Positions 9,270 to 21,964 are shown, counted from the first letter of the stretch. The stretch is 64,000 nucleotides of DNA from an uncultured Chloroflexia bacterium (GCA_963751345.1 CAVVUS010000048.1:35477-99476), one strand, 5' to 3'. The notes: generated from the letters alone by a model not told the origin. Numbers and translations: made by a program.

Positions 9270-10544
9270 GTGGCGCGTAAGCGCCCGCCCGCCGCGATAG
9301 TGCACCTGGCTCTGGCCCTTGTGATGGGACTGGCTGCGACGCTGTTCGTGGCGTGTGGACCTCGCCCCCTACTCCAGGATGTCTCAGTGACGCCCTCCGT
9401 CATCACCCCGAATGCCGATGGCGATACGGACCTGGCGAAAGTGGAGTTTCGGCTCAATCAGAGTGCCGAGGTCAGCCTCCTGCTCTATGACACCTCCGGC
9501 GCTGCCTATACCTTCCGCCCACCGCGCCTCCTGGGCGCAAGCGAGGACCCCTACAAGGTCTACTTCGGCGGCGTGGTCGAGGGGTACCGGCGGCCCGGCG
9601 AGGTGGACCCAGGCTACGCCATCGTCCAACGCATGCTGCCGGATGGCCCCTACACCTGGCTGCTCACTGCGGAGGCCACGGGGCGCAGTCCCGAAACGGT
9701 GACGGGTACGCTCACGATCCGGGATGCCGACGCCGTGCCTCCAGGGATTCGCGGGTTCAGCGTCTCGCCCAAGACATTCTCACCCAACCAGGACGGCATC
9801 GACGACCGCGTAACGATCAACCTGGTACTGGAGAAGGACGTCAGCGAGCTGCGTGTCTATCTCAAGGGCGCCGACGGGCTCGAACACCCGATCGCGGAGA
9901 ACGAGCAGCTCACCGAGCTCAATGCAGCCGGCTGGCACACCTACGACTATGATGGCGGCATCGATGCCGGCAGCGAGCCGCCCCCTGACGGCGTCTACGA
10001 GCTATGGGCGGAGGCGCGCGACGAGATGGGGCAGCAGGTGGAGGTCAGCAATACGCTGGAGCTGGTGGACGCCGGGCTGCCCAGGGCGTACATAGTCAAT
10101 GCCGAGGTGGACTACTCCGCCACGACGCTCGTCCTATCCGACACTCTCTGTTTCACGACTACCATCGAGAACGACAGTGACACCTACATTCGCACGACCG
10201 GTCCGTGGCCGGGCACGCCCTATCGCAGCGATCAGAACTTCAACACGCTCGGCTGGTCGGAGGAGTCCGGTGTCTTCCGTGTCGCGTTGGACTTCGACAC
10301 CAGCCTCCGCAACTACCCTTTTCGATGGGGCATCGGCCAGCCGGGGGTCGACCTGGTGCAGCGCAACGGAGATTGGTACCTGCCCCCGCGCGCCCGGTCG
10401 CTGGTGACGGGCTGTGTACAGATCGTTGACATGCCGGTGCGGAACCCGCTCTATTACTGGGCGGGGCTGATCCACGAGGACGTGGAGATTGCCGACGTCA
10501 ACAACCGTGTCGACCCCAATTTCGTCACCATTTGGGAGCCGTGA
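9270..10544 (+). CDS. Lipoprotein with tandem FlgD/Ig-like domains
   Basis: Lipobox LFVAC; repeated (I/F)(T/S)PNxDGxxD and PDGxY motifs; GTG start inferred within ORF 9120-10544. Confidence 0.6.
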   Translation: MARKRPPAAIVHLALALVMGLAATLFVACGPRPLLQDVSVTPSVITPNADGDTDLAKVEFRLNQSAEVSLLLYDTSGAAYTFRPPRLLGASEDPYKVYFGGVVEGYRRPGEVDPGYAIVQRMLPDGPYTWLLTAEATGRSPETVTGTLTIRDADAVPPGIRGFSVSPKTFSPNQDGIDDRVTINLVLEKDVSELRVYLKGADGLEHPIAENEQLTELNAAGWHTYDYDGGIDAGSEPPPDGVYELWAEARDEMGQQVEVSNTLELVDAGLPRAYIVNAEVDYSATTLVLSDTLCFTTTIENDSDTYIRTTGPWPGTPYRSDQNFNTLGWSEESGVFRVALDFDTSLRNYPFRWGIGQPGVDLVQRNGDWYLPPRARSLVTGCVQIVDMPVRNPLYYWAGLIHEDVEIADVNNRVDPNFVTIWEP

Positions 10545-11485
10545 GTCCTGACGCAGGTCAAGGGAGGCGCGCACTGAACGACGCTGTTGTCGACCTCGCC
10601 GTGATCGTTGTCTCCTGGAACGTGAAAGACCACCTGGCACGCTGTCTGGATAGCCTCCGGGCGGCCATTGCAGACGATGGCGTCAATGCCCTCGTCTGGG
10701 TCGTAGACAGCGCATCAAGCGATGGCACGGTCGAGATGGTACGACGCGCCCACCCCTGGGTCACGTTGGTGCCCAGCGACACGAACCTCGGGTTTGTGGG
10801 AGGCAACAACCTCGCGCTCGACCGGCTGCGGGGCCGCGCACGCTACTTCTGGCTGCTCAATCCGGACACCATTGTGCCGCAGGGAACCATTCGGCAGCTG
10901 CTGACGTTCCTCGACGGTCATCCCGGGGCAGGCCTCGTCAGCCCCAAGCTGCTCAATACCGACGGCTCGCTCCAGGAGTGCGCCTTCCGCTTCCCGGGGA
11001 TTGGCCAGGCGCTCTTCTCGCTGGGGCTGATGCCCGAGCGCCTCTATTTCACGGCAATCAATGGCCGCTATCCCGCCGCTTGGTTCTCCCGTGACCGCGC
11101 CTTTCAGATCGACCACCCACTGGGAGCCGCGATGATGGCTCGCGCCGAGGCGATCGACGGGGTGGGCTTGCTCGACGCGAAGTTCTTCATGTACTGCGAG
11201 GAGATCGACTGGGCCTGGCGCATGCAGAAGGGCGGTTGGGAGCGGTGGCTGCTCCCCTCGGCCGTGGTGACCCACGTGGGCGGCGCCAGTACCGGACAGG
11301 CACAGGCGGAGGCGACGCGACACCTATGGGAAAGCCGAGCTCGGCTTTACAGGAAGCACAGGGGCTCGCTGACGCGGGCCGTCGTGCGCCGTGCGGTGCG
11401 CAGTGTCTTCGCGGCTCGCCGCAGCGAGACCGGCGACGAGGCGTGGATCGCCGCCTATGATGCCATTCTGGGGGCGTGGGCGTGA
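10541..11485 (+). CDS. GT2 glycosyltransferase (WbbL/rhamnosyltransferase-like)
   Basis: IVVSWN, VDSASSDGT, NLGFVGGNN, LLNPDT, FFMYCEEIDW; GTGA overlap with upstream stop. Confidence 0.88.
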   Translation: MSPDAGQGRRALNDAVVDLAVIVVSWNVKDHLARCLDSLRAAIADDGVNALVWVVDSASSDGTVEMVRRAHPWVTLVPSDTNLGFVGGNNLALDRLRGRARYFWLLNPDTIVPQGTIRQLLTFLDGHPGAGLVSPKLLNTDGSLQECAFRFPGIGQALFSLGLMPERLYFTAINGRYPAAWFSRDRAFQIDHPLGAAMMARAEAIDGVGLLDAKFFMYCEEIDWAWRMQKGGWERWLLPSAVVTHVGGASTGQAQAEATRHLWESRARLYRKHRGSLTRAVVRRAVRSVFAARRSETGDEAWIAAYDAILGAWA

Positions 11486-12270
11486 CCTCTGTCAGAGCCG
11501 TGATCCTCACGTATAACGAGGAGCGCCACGTCGCAGCCTGCGTCGAGAGCCTGTTGTGGACCGATGGTGTGGCGGTGCTCGATTCCTTCAGCACGGATGC
11601 CACCGTCCCACTCGCCCAGAAGGCGGGCGCTGCGGTCATCCAACACACGTGGACCAACTATGCCCACAACCGGAACGTGGCGCTCGATGCCGTCGAGGCC
11701 GACTGGATCCTCTTCGTCGACGCCGACGAGCGTGCCACGCCCGACCTGGCGACCGAGACGCGGCGCGTCATTGCCCAGGATGACGCGGCCGGCTGGTGGA
11801 TACCCCGCTATAACTACATCTTCGGCCACCGGATGCGCGCGACGGGCTGGTACCCGGATTACCAGATGCGCCTCCTCCGACGCGGATCCGCTCGTTACGA
11901 TCCCGACCGGGCCGTGCACGAGTTGGTCGTACTCGATGGGGAGGCAGGCTACCTCGAATCTCCGCTGATCCACTACAACTATGACAATCTGGGCCAGTTC
12001 GTGGAGAAGCAGCGCCGCTATCTCGCCTATGACGTCGGCGTCCTGGTGGCCGAAGGGGCAGATGCCCGAATCTACACCCCCTACACCGTGGCCCTGCGCC
12101 ACGTCTGGTGGCGTTTCGTCACCCTCCAGGGCTACCGCGACACCGTCTGGGGGCTCCTCTTGAGCGGCATGATGGGCTACTACGAAATGCTCAAGTATCG
12201 CAGGCTCCGGCAAGCTCGGCGGCGTGCCGGCGAGCCATCTTCGCCGCCCGACCCCACCCGAAGCGTATGA
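11482..12270 (+). CDS. GT2 glycosyltransferase (WaaE/KdtX-like)
   Basis: ILTYNEE, DSFSTDAT, WILFVDADE, WYPDYQMRL, VHE motifs. Confidence 0.88.
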   Translation: MTSVRAVILTYNEERHVAACVESLLWTDGVAVLDSFSTDATVPLAQKAGAAVIQHTWTNYAHNRNVALDAVEADWILFVDADERATPDLATETRRVIAQDDAAGWWIPRYNYIFGHRMRATGWYPDYQMRLLRRGSARYDPDRAVHELVVLDGEAGYLESPLIHYNYDNLGQFVEKQRRYLAYDVGVLVAEGADARIYTPYTVALRHVWWRFVTLQGYRDTVWGLLLSGMMGYYEMLKYRRLRQARRRAGEPSSPPDPTRSV

Positions 12271-13322
12271 TCACGAAGCACCGGCTCGCCCTCGCTGCCC
12301 TTCTGCTGGTCGCCGGCGGCGGCCTGCTGCTCATCTCGTTCTTGAGAGGGGCCGCTCGCCCCGGTATGGCCCCGGTTGCACCTGCGCCCGAGGGAGCCCC
12401 TCGCCCCTCGCCTACCTGGGCCCAGATGCCGACGCGGCAGCCGGCCTGGGGGCAGATGTCCGGGGTGCCTGATATGGCGCCCTTCCGGCGCGCGCTCCTG
12501 ATCGGCGACACAGACGCCGCTCAACTCATTTGGGATTCCCTCGACGGCACTGAGGCCGGTGAGACGGCGTCGATCCAGCTCCTTGGGGCACGCCTGGCGC
12601 TCCAGCAGGTGCACTACGCACAAGCGGAGGAGCGTACGTGGCGTGCGATCGGCCTGGACCCCCAGAGCGCTGAAGCGTGGTCCCTTCTCGGCATCGTTCT
12701 CGCGAGATCCGGAAACCACGCCGACGCGGACCACGCGATGGGCATCGCCGTAGCGTTGGACGCCACGCTCGCCCCATCGCTCTTCGACGACCGTTGGCGC
12801 GCTACGGTAGCCCTTGGAGACGCTGCCGGCCTGGCAACGCTGGCCGAGAGTTACGTCGCGGAATACCCGGACAGCCCGCTTGCGCCACACTATCGGGCCA
12901 CCGCGCTGCTGGCAGCAGGCGACCCCGTCGCGGCCGTGGATCTCCTGGTGGCCGCTCTGCGCGACCAACCCGGGGCCCCCGCCCTCGTCTGGTACACGCT
13001 CGGAGAGGCCTACTTGGCAGCGCACGGCTATGCCGAGGCTGCTGTCGTGCTCGAGAGCGCCGCGGGCATGGTCGCGCAGGGCGACAGCACCCTGACCTAC
13101 GTCACGGCGGACCCGATCACAGCGCTCAACCAGCGCCTGGCCCGCGCCTACCTGGAGACCGGGAGCTGCCGCGAGGCGGAGAGTATTTTCCGCCGGCTAA
13201 TGGTGGCGCAGCCCGACCTCGCCCCGTGGGTCGAGAAAGCCGTCATCTGCCAGACCCCGACCCCTACCCTCACCCCCTGGATCCCGCGTCCGGTCACGCT
13301 GACGCCCGACTGGCAGGGGTGA
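12267..13322 (+). CDS. Membrane-anchored or secreted TPR-repeat protein
   Basis: ATGA-coupled start; N-terminal hydrophobic helix; AEAWSLLG and VWYTLGEAY TPR-like helices; PT tail. Confidence 0.7.
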   Translation: MITKHRLALAALLLVAGGGLLLISFLRGAARPGMAPVAPAPEGAPRPSPTWAQMPTRQPAWGQMSGVPDMAPFRRALLIGDTDAAQLIWDSLDGTEAGETASIQLLGARLALQQVHYAQAEERTWRAIGLDPQSAEAWSLLGIVLARSGNHADADHAMGIAVALDATLAPSLFDDRWRATVALGDAAGLATLAESYVAEYPDSPLAPHYRATALLAAGDPVAAVDLLVAALRDQPGAPALVWYTLGEAYLAAHGYAEAAVVLESAAGMVAQGDSTLTYVTADPITALNQRLARAYLETGSCREAESIFRRLMVAQPDLAPWVEKAVICQTPTPTLTPWIPRPVTLTPDWQG

Positions 13323-13333
13323 TGGTAACGATG

Positions 13334-13367
13334 CGATTGGACCAATCTCGGAAGATTGGTCCAATCG
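13334..13367. terminator. Bidirectional hairpin between convergent TPR and ABC genes
   Basis: CGATTGGACCAATCT-cgga-AGATTGGTCCAATCG, 15-bp stem. Confidence 0.65.
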
Positions 13368-13370
13368 TCG

Positions 13371-15183
13371 CTACGCGTACGCCAGCTCGCGCTCCCGGCG
13401 GAACTGACGTGTGTACAGCTCGTAGTAGTGGCCACGCGCCCGGATCAGCTCCTCGTGTGAGCCCATCTCCGCTATCCGCCCACCGTCGATCACCAAGATC
13501 CGGTCAGCCCGCTTGATCGTCGACAAGCGGTGAGCGATCACGAAGCTGGTCCTACCCGCCATCACCGCCTCCATGCCACGCTGGATCAGCGCCTCAGTCA
13601 ACGTATCAACCGAACTGGTTGCCTCGTCCAGGATCAGGATGTCGGGCGATGCCAGCACGGCCCGCGCGATGCTGAGTAACTGCTTCTGCCCAACGCTGAG
13701 GAGATTGCCCCCCTCCCCTACCTCCTCGTCGTAGCCCCGGTCCATCCCGGCGATGAAGTCGTGTGCGTGCGCCAACTTGGCCGCTGCCTCGATCTCCTCG
13801 TCCGTCGCGTCGAGGCGACCGTAGCGCAAGTTCTCCCGGATCGTGCCCGAGAAGAGATGGGGCGTCTGCAGCACCATACCGACCCGCGACTGGACCGCGT
13901 GCTGCGTCAGCTCCGTGTAGTCCCGCCCATCGATCCGGATCACGCCCTCCGTCGGTTCGTAGAACCGGCAGACGAGGTTGACGATCGTCGATTTCCCGCC
14001 ACCCGTGGGGCCCACCAGTGCGATGTGCTCGCCGGGTGCCACCCGCAGGCTAAGATCCTCGAGAACGTTCTTGCCTTCCTCGTACCTGAAGCCCACGCCG
14101 TCGAACTCGACCGCGCCCTCCATGCTATCGATTTCCTCGGCTCCCTCGCGATCGACGACGTCGGGCTCCGCATCGATCAGCGAGAAGATCCGCTCGGCTG
14201 ATGCGATCGACCGCTGCATCTCCCCGTAGACCCGCGCCATATCCTGGATCGGCCAGAGCATGAAGGTCAGATAGCTGAGGAAGGCCTGGATGCCGCCGAT
14301 CGTCATCGCGGTCCCGAGAACATTGACCGCGCCCACCTGGAGCCCGCCGTACCAGATAACGGCCCCTGTGCCCACCGCCCCAACGATCTGGATGACGGGC
14401 AGAAAGAGCGCGGAGAGCCACGCGGCTCGGTACGCTGCGCGATACATGCCCGTCGTCTTCTCGCCGAACTCCTCGGCATTACGCTGCTCGCGCACCATGG
14501 CTTTCACCACGCGCACGCCGCTGATGTTCTCGTTGTAGGCCCCGGTGATCTGCGAGTTCAGCTTACGGACCTCACGGTACTGGTACAGGATCAGTTGCCT
14601 GAACCAGAAGGCCAGTGCCATCATGATCGGCACGATGCCCACCGCGACCAGACTGAGCTTCGCGTTGATCGTCAACATAAACGCGATGGACGTGATCACG
14701 TTCAGCACGGCCCAGGTGATGTCCACGAGTCCCCAGGTCACCAGCTCGGCGATGCGCTCCGAATCGGACGTGACGCGTGACATGATCCAGCCCACCGGCG
14801 TCTTGTCGAAGTACGAGAAGGTCAGCTCCTGGAGATGGTCGAACAGCTTCTGGCGCATGTCGTACTGCACCCGCTCGCCGAGGAAGCCGGCGAGGAGGAT
14901 GAAGCCGAACACTGAGGCCGCCTGCAGTGCGGCCAAGCCCCCATAGCGTAGCAGGAGATGCATGAGCAGCGCCTGGTTGCCCTTCAGGATCCCCTCATCC
15001 ACGATCTGCTTGCTCAGATAGGTGAAGTAGGAGTCCAGAACCGACGTACAGGCGATCAGAAGCATCAGGCCCAGGGCCCAGTGCCAGTACGGTCGCACCT
15101 GCTGCATGCATGCGCCATAACACGCGCCCATTCAGCTTCGTGCTGAAGTCTTCTTCTTCGAATTGGTGACTCATCTCTACCAC
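13371..15183 (-). CDS. ABC exporter subunit 2 (TMD+NBD, TM288/BmrD-like); N-terminus frameshifted
   Basis: GPTGGGKST, degenerate signature LSVGQ, consensus Walker B DEAT, AHRL; N-terminus MSHQFEEEDF lies in ORF 14995-15183. Confidence 0.9.
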
Positions 15184-15189
15184 CGTCCT

Positions 15190-17185
<1,996 letters not shown>

Positions 17186-17273
17186 TTTTCACGGCTCGGC
17201 CACTCCACGTAGCCTTGCCGAGGTTCTGCGAACTCTCGGCCCTCTCGCCTGCCAGGTCTGTGCCAGACACGCA

Positions 17274-17349
17274 AAACGAGCGGGGCTTTTCCGCAATCAT
17301 GTGTGGGCTGGAATTGCCCACAGCAGACTAATGCGTCTGACCCGCTCGC
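17274..17349 (-). promoter_or_regulatory. Putative structured leader RNA (three-way junction followed by U-run)
   Basis: Minus strand CGAGCGGG...CCCGCTCG closing stem encloses CAGAC-gcatta-GTCTG and TGTGGGC-aattcca-GCCCACA hairpins, followed by TTTT. Confidence 0.45.
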
Positions 17350-17443
17350 CGAAAGGTATTGCTGCTATTCGCCTGTATCCCGTAGCCCGGCGCCATCTAT
17401 TCAGGTCTGGCCGGCCCACGGGGGCTCGAGAGGCGAAAGCGCG

Positions 17444-17536
17444 CTACCCCGGCGGCTCCAGGTCAGTCACATGACTTGCGATTCGGCTAATCATCACCAG
17501 TCTATCCTTCGCGAAATACCCATTCACGCTAGTCAT
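17444..17536 (-). CDS. Putative 30-aa leader peptide MTSVNGYFAKDRLVMISRIASHVTDLEPPG
   Basis: RBS GGAGGT (17549-17544) 7 nt before ATG; lies between a good promoter and the ABC operon; ends in PPG-stop. Confidence 0.55.
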   Translation of the reverse strand: MTSVNGYFAKDRLVMISRIASHVTDLEPPG

Positions 17537-17607
17537 CACCCTTACCTCCACTGCTACAAGATCATCGCAGACACACGCCGGCGCACCGGCTCGCCCACAG
17601 CATGGCA

Positions 17608-17636
17608 ATAATAGCACAAATCGCCGCAGCGCGCAA
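17608..17636 (-). promoter_or_regulatory. Sigma70 promoter for the leader/ABC operon
   Basis: TTGCGC(17636-17631)-17 nt-TATTAT(17613-17608) with extended TG. Confidence 0.6.
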
Positions 17637-17878
17637 ATCATTGAAGCGGACTTTATAGAATCTAAGTCCCAGCAAAAGAAACCGGAAAACAACCTCTTGG
17701 CTCTGCACACACAGAGCCCTGCGAGGGTTCGGAGACCTTCGCCGGGCCGGGCACTCGTGCGTGCGATGGTCCCGCCGGAAGTAGGCACGGTATGGCGAAC
17801 CCGGGCGTTTGAGCTATACTCCTCCTGGCAACACCGCGATTGCGCCGCACCTGACGCCCAGGACACGAAGGAGACACC

Positions 17879-20602
17879 ATGACCCATCGCACCGAGCCCA
17901 GCAGAGACGGAACCTACCGGATCATTGGCCTAGCCTTGGTGGTTCTCCTATTCTGTATCTTCTCGCCGGCGTTTGCCCGCCTCTACACGGAGATCGCCTG
18001 GTTCCGGAGCCTGGATCTGACGCAGATCTGGCTGACCCGGTTCGGCGCCGGAGCTATGCTTGCCGGCGTCGCGATGGTCGTGAGCATCGCCTTCCTATTG
18101 CTGAACTGGAGCTTGATCCCCCAATGGATCGCCCCAATGGCGCGTCTCGTGACCCAGGTCTCCTTCACACCACGAACGGTCCAGGGCAACGGCCGGGGCA
18201 ACCAACCCCAGCGCCAGCAGGTCGAAATCCCAACCCGCCCGTTCAAGTTGCTCTTCACCCTGGGCGCCATCCTCGCCGGGGCGATCCTGGGGTTCTCGTT
18301 CAACACTCTATGGCGCACCTACCTTGTCGCACGCGAGGCCGTGCCCTTCGGACTGGCCGATCCGATCTTCGGCCGGGACGCAAGCTTCTACGTCTTCCAG
18401 CTTCCCTGGTACAGCGCGCTGCTAGGCAGACTCCAGATCCTCATCGCGCTCGCCTTTCTGGGCGTGCTCGCACGTTTCGCCGTCTTCGGCCAGATCCGCT
18501 CCCGCGGCGTGACCGCGCACCTGTCGCTCCTTGGCAGCGCCTGGCTGGCCCTTATGGGCGTTGAGAGACTCCTGGGCAGGTTGGCGCTCCTACAAACAAA
18601 CGGCGGCGTGGTCTTTGGCGCCGGATATGCCGACATACACGCGCGGCTGCCGATCTATACCATCCAGGCTGTCCTCTTCTTCGCCGCAGCCGCCACCCTG
18701 ATCGTGAACCTCTTCGTACGCCAATGGAAGCTGCTGGTCGGCATCGGCCTCTTCTGGCTGGGCCTCACCATCGTAGCCCCGCTCTACCCGAGTTTCGTCC
18801 AGCAGTTCAAAGTCGAGCCGAATGAGTTCATCCTGGAGCGCCCCTACATTGAACACAACATCACGTTCACGCGATACGCCTACGGGCTCGACCGGATCGC
18901 GGAGCAGGACTTCTCCGGCGCCGGCGTACTGACGGCCCAGGATCTCGAGGCCAGCGCCGACGTGCTCAACAACGTGCGGTTGTGGGATTACCGGCCACTC
19001 CTCAGGACCTTCGGTCAACTGCAGGAGATCAGGCTCTACTACAGCTTTGACGACGTCGACGTCGACCGCTACCAGATCAACAGCGGTTTGACCCAGGTGA
19101 TGCTTGCCGCCCGCGAGCTGGACGTCGACGAGCTCGCCGATCAGGCACAGACCTGGGTCAACCGGCACCTCCTTTTCACACACGGCTACGGGATGGCCCT
19201 CAGTTCGGTGAACGCCGTGACAGCGGAGGGGCTGCCCGATCTCCTCGTTCGTGACCTTCCGCCCGTCAGTGAGGACCCGGTGCTGCAGATCGACCGGCCT
19301 GGGATCTACTTCGGCGAGAAAACCCGTGAGTACGCATTGGTCAACGCCTCAGAGGACGAGTTCGACTATCCTCAGGGCGACGCCAACGTCTATGCCCGCT
19401 ACTCGGGGCCGGACGGCGTCCGGCTGGGCGGCGTCATCCAGCGCGCGCTGCTTGCCACGCGCTTCGGCAGCACCCAACTACTCGTCTCATCGGCGCTCTC
19501 CAGTGAGAGCCGTATCCTCTTTCACCGTACCATCCAGGACCGGGCCGCGACGATCGCGCCTATGCTGATGTACGACAGTGATCCCTACCCCGTGATCGAC
19601 GATGGGAAGCTGGTCTGGCTGATGGATGCTTACACCTGGTCGGACCACTTTCCGTACTCTCAGCCCATGGGCGGGCTCAACTACATGCGCAACAGCGTGA
19701 AGGTGACGATAGACGCCTACACGGGCACCATCCACTTCTACCTCATTGATCCGACAGATCCCGTCGCCGCGACCTATGCCAAGATCTTTCCGGGCCTCTT
19801 CGAGCCCGCAGACGCGATGCCGGCTTCACTGCGCGCACACTGGCGTTATCCCGAGACGCTCTTCCTCACCCAGTCCGAGCTCTACGCGACCTACCACATG
19901 CGCGACCCCCAGGTCTTCTACAATCGCGAGGATCTCTGGGACGTGCCGCAGGAACTCGTTGAGACATCCCAGCAGGCGATGGAGCCCTACTACGTCACGA
20001 TGCGCCTGCCCGGATCCGACGACCTCGAATTCATGCTCATCCGCCCCTACGTGCCAAGCCAGAAGCAGAACATGGTCGCGTGGCTGTTCGCACGATGCGA
20101 TGGCGAGCACTACGGTGAGTTGGGCGTCTTCAAGCTGTCGAAGGACCGCCTGATCTACGGCCCGCTGCAGATCGAGGGCCGCATCGACCAGGAGCCGTCG
20201 ATCTCACAGCAGCTCTCGCTGTGGAACCAGCGAGGATCGCGGGTCCTCCGCGGCAACCTCCTCGTGATCCCGCTGAACGATGCCTTCCTCTACGTCGAGC
20301 CACTCTACCTCGAGGCCGAGTCCGGCCAGTTGCCGCAGCTGGTCCGCGTCATCGCGGCCTATCGCGACGGCGTGGTGATGGGCCCCACACTCGCGGACGC
20401 GCTGCTGCAGCTCTTTGGTGAAAGCAGCACAGGTGGTACCGCCCCGCCTCCAGAAGGCACCGCGTTGGGTGAGCTGGCGACAGAGGCCTGGAATCACTAC
20501 CAGGCTGCCCAGGCGTGCCTCACGGCCGGCGATTGGACGTGCTACGGTGCGGAGCAGCAGCAACTGGAGCAGATCCTCAAGCAGATGGTGGGTGAGCAAT
20601 GA
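17879..20602 (+). CDS. UPF0182 family membrane protein
   Basis: WFRSL, DPIFGRDASFYVFQLP, NVRLWDYRP, DVDVDRY, FTHGYG, NYMRNSVK, LYVEPLY; 907 aa; RBS AAGGAG. Confidence 0.9.
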   Translation: MTHRTEPSRDGTYRIIGLALVVLLFCIFSPAFARLYTEIAWFRSLDLTQIWLTRFGAGAMLAGVAMVVSIAFLLLNWSLIPQWIAPMARLVTQVSFTPRTVQGNGRGNQPQRQQVEIPTRPFKLLFTLGAILAGAILGFSFNTLWRTYLVAREAVPFGLADPIFGRDASFYVFQLPWYSALLGRLQILIALAFLGVLARFAVFGQIRSRGVTAHLSLLGSAWLALMGVERLLGRLALLQTNGGVVFGAGYADIHARLPIYTIQAVLFFAAAATLIVNLFVRQWKLLVGIGLFWLGLTIVAPLYPSFVQQFKVEPNEFILERPYIEHNITFTRYAYGLDRIAEQDFSGAGVLTAQDLEASADVLNNVRLWDYRPLLRTFGQLQEIRLYYSFDDVDVDRYQINSGLTQVMLAARELDVDELADQAQTWVNRHLLFTHGYGMALSSVNAVTAEGLPDLLVRDLPPVSEDPVLQIDRPGIYFGEKTREYALVNASEDEFDYPQGDANVYARYSGPDGVRLGGVIQRALLATRFGSTQLLVSSALSSESRILFHRTIQDRAATIAPMLMYDSDPYPVIDDGKLVWLMDAYTWSDHFPYSQPMGGLNYMRNSVKVTIDAYTGTIHFYLIDPTDPVAATYAKIFPGLFEPADAMPASLRAHWRYPETLFLTQSELYATYHMRDPQVFYNREDLWDVPQELVETSQQAMEPYYVTMRLPGSDDLEFMLIRPYVPSQKQNMVAWLFARCDGEHYGELGVFKLSKDRLIYGPLQIEGRIDQEPSISQQLSLWNQRGSRVLRGNLLVIPLNDAFLYVEPLYLEAESGQLPQLVRVIAAYRDGVVMGPTLADALLQLFGESSTGGTAPPPEGTALGELATEAWNHYQAAQACLTAGDWTCYGAEQQQLEQILKQMVGEQ

Positions 20603-20698
20603 CAAAGCTCGTAGCAACCGATTTATCGGTTCCGGGTCTTTCTCGTCGCACAAACAGAACGACTGAAGTCGTTACTACGAACCGGGCAATAGTGTCCC

Positions 20699-21913
20699 AT
20701 GCCTGACCCCCGCGTGACGCTCAAGCCGCGTAGGGATGCCTCCGTCCTGCGCCGCCACCCGTGGATCTTCTCGGGAGCCATCGGCAAGGTACAGGGCGAA
20801 CCCGCACCCGGCGCCCTGGTCGCCGTCCTTGACAGTAAGGGCGCCTTCCTGGCATGGGGGCACTACAGCCCCGAATCCCAGATCCGGGTCCGCCTCGTCT
20901 CGTGGGTCGAATCAGACGCGCCTGACACGCCCGCCTTCTGGCGCGGTCGCCTCGCTCGCGCCATCGAGCTCCGACGCCCGCTTCGCGAGGACCCGACCAC
21001 CACGGCGTATCGCCTCGTGTTTGCCGAGTCCGATGGCGTTCCCGGGCTGATTGTCGATCAATATGCTGACGCCGTCGTGGTCCAGGTCCTAACCGTGGGT
21101 ATCGAGGCGCGGCGCGAGATGCTCGCCAACGTCCTCTGGGATCTCTTGGAGCCCCGCACCCTCTACGAGCGCAGCGACGTCGACGTTCGGGAGCGAGAGG
21201 GGCTTGAGGGTCGCACCGGACTGCTGCGCGGAGAGATGCCGGCATCTCGCACTGAGATCCTGCAGGATGCCATTCCCTACGTCGTGGATGTCCTCCGGGG
21301 ACACAAGACCGGCTTCTATCTCGACCAACACGACAACCGCAGGCGCTTCTCGCAGATGGTGGCTGCCTATGGGGATCCGGACTCGCGGATGCTCAACGTC
21401 TTCGCATACAGCGGAGCGTTCACCGTCTGCGGGCTCTCCCACGGCATTGCCGCCGCCGTGAACGTCGACTCCTCTGCCGGCGCGCTGGCACTGGGGCAGG
21501 AGAACTTGGCACTCAACAGGCTAGATCCCTCGCGGGTGCAGGATATATCCGGCGATGCCTTCAAGGTACTTCGACAGCTGAGGGGCGACGAGCAGGCGTT
21601 TGACGTCATTGTCGTCGATCCCCCTAAGTTCGCGTTCACACAGCGCGACGTCCAGCGGGCGGCCCGCGGCTACAAGGACATCAACATGCAGGCCATCCAC
21701 CTGCTCAAGCCCGGCGGCTTGCTCTTCACCTTCTCCTGCTCGGGCGCGGTCTCCGACGATCTCTTCCAGAAGATCATCTTCGGCGCCGCGCTCGATACAG
21801 ACAGAGACGTCCAGATCATCGGTCGGCTCAGCCAGGGAAGCGACCATCCCGTCGCGCTCACCTTCCCCGAAGGCGCCTATCTGAAGGGCTTGATCTGCCG
21901 AGCTGTAGTGTAG
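20699..21913 (+). CDS. rlmI: RlmI/RlmK-family SAM-dependent rRNA methyltransferase with PUA domain
   Basis: RRHPWIFSG, ESDGVPGLIVD, GHKTGFYLDQ, DPPKF, FSCSG, FPEGAYLKG. Confidence 0.8.
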   Translation: MPDPRVTLKPRRDASVLRRHPWIFSGAIGKVQGEPAPGALVAVLDSKGAFLAWGHYSPESQIRVRLVSWVESDAPDTPAFWRGRLARAIELRRPLREDPTTTAYRLVFAESDGVPGLIVDQYADAVVVQVLTVGIEARREMLANVLWDLLEPRTLYERSDVDVREREGLEGRTGLLRGEMPASRTEILQDAIPYVVDVLRGHKTGFYLDQHDNRRRFSQMVAAYGDPDSRMLNVFAYSGAFTVCGLSHGIAAAVNVDSSAGALALGQENLALNRLDPSRVQDISGDAFKVLRQLRGDEQAFDVIVVDPPKFAFTQRDVQRAARGYKDINMQAIHLLKPGGLLFTFSCSGAVSDDLFQKIIFGAALDTDRDVQIIGRLSQGSDHPVALTFPEGAYLKGLICRAVV

Positions 21914-21964
21914 TCGGTCGATGCGTGCGCCTAACCGAGCCCATACTCTCCAGGAGCATACCCA

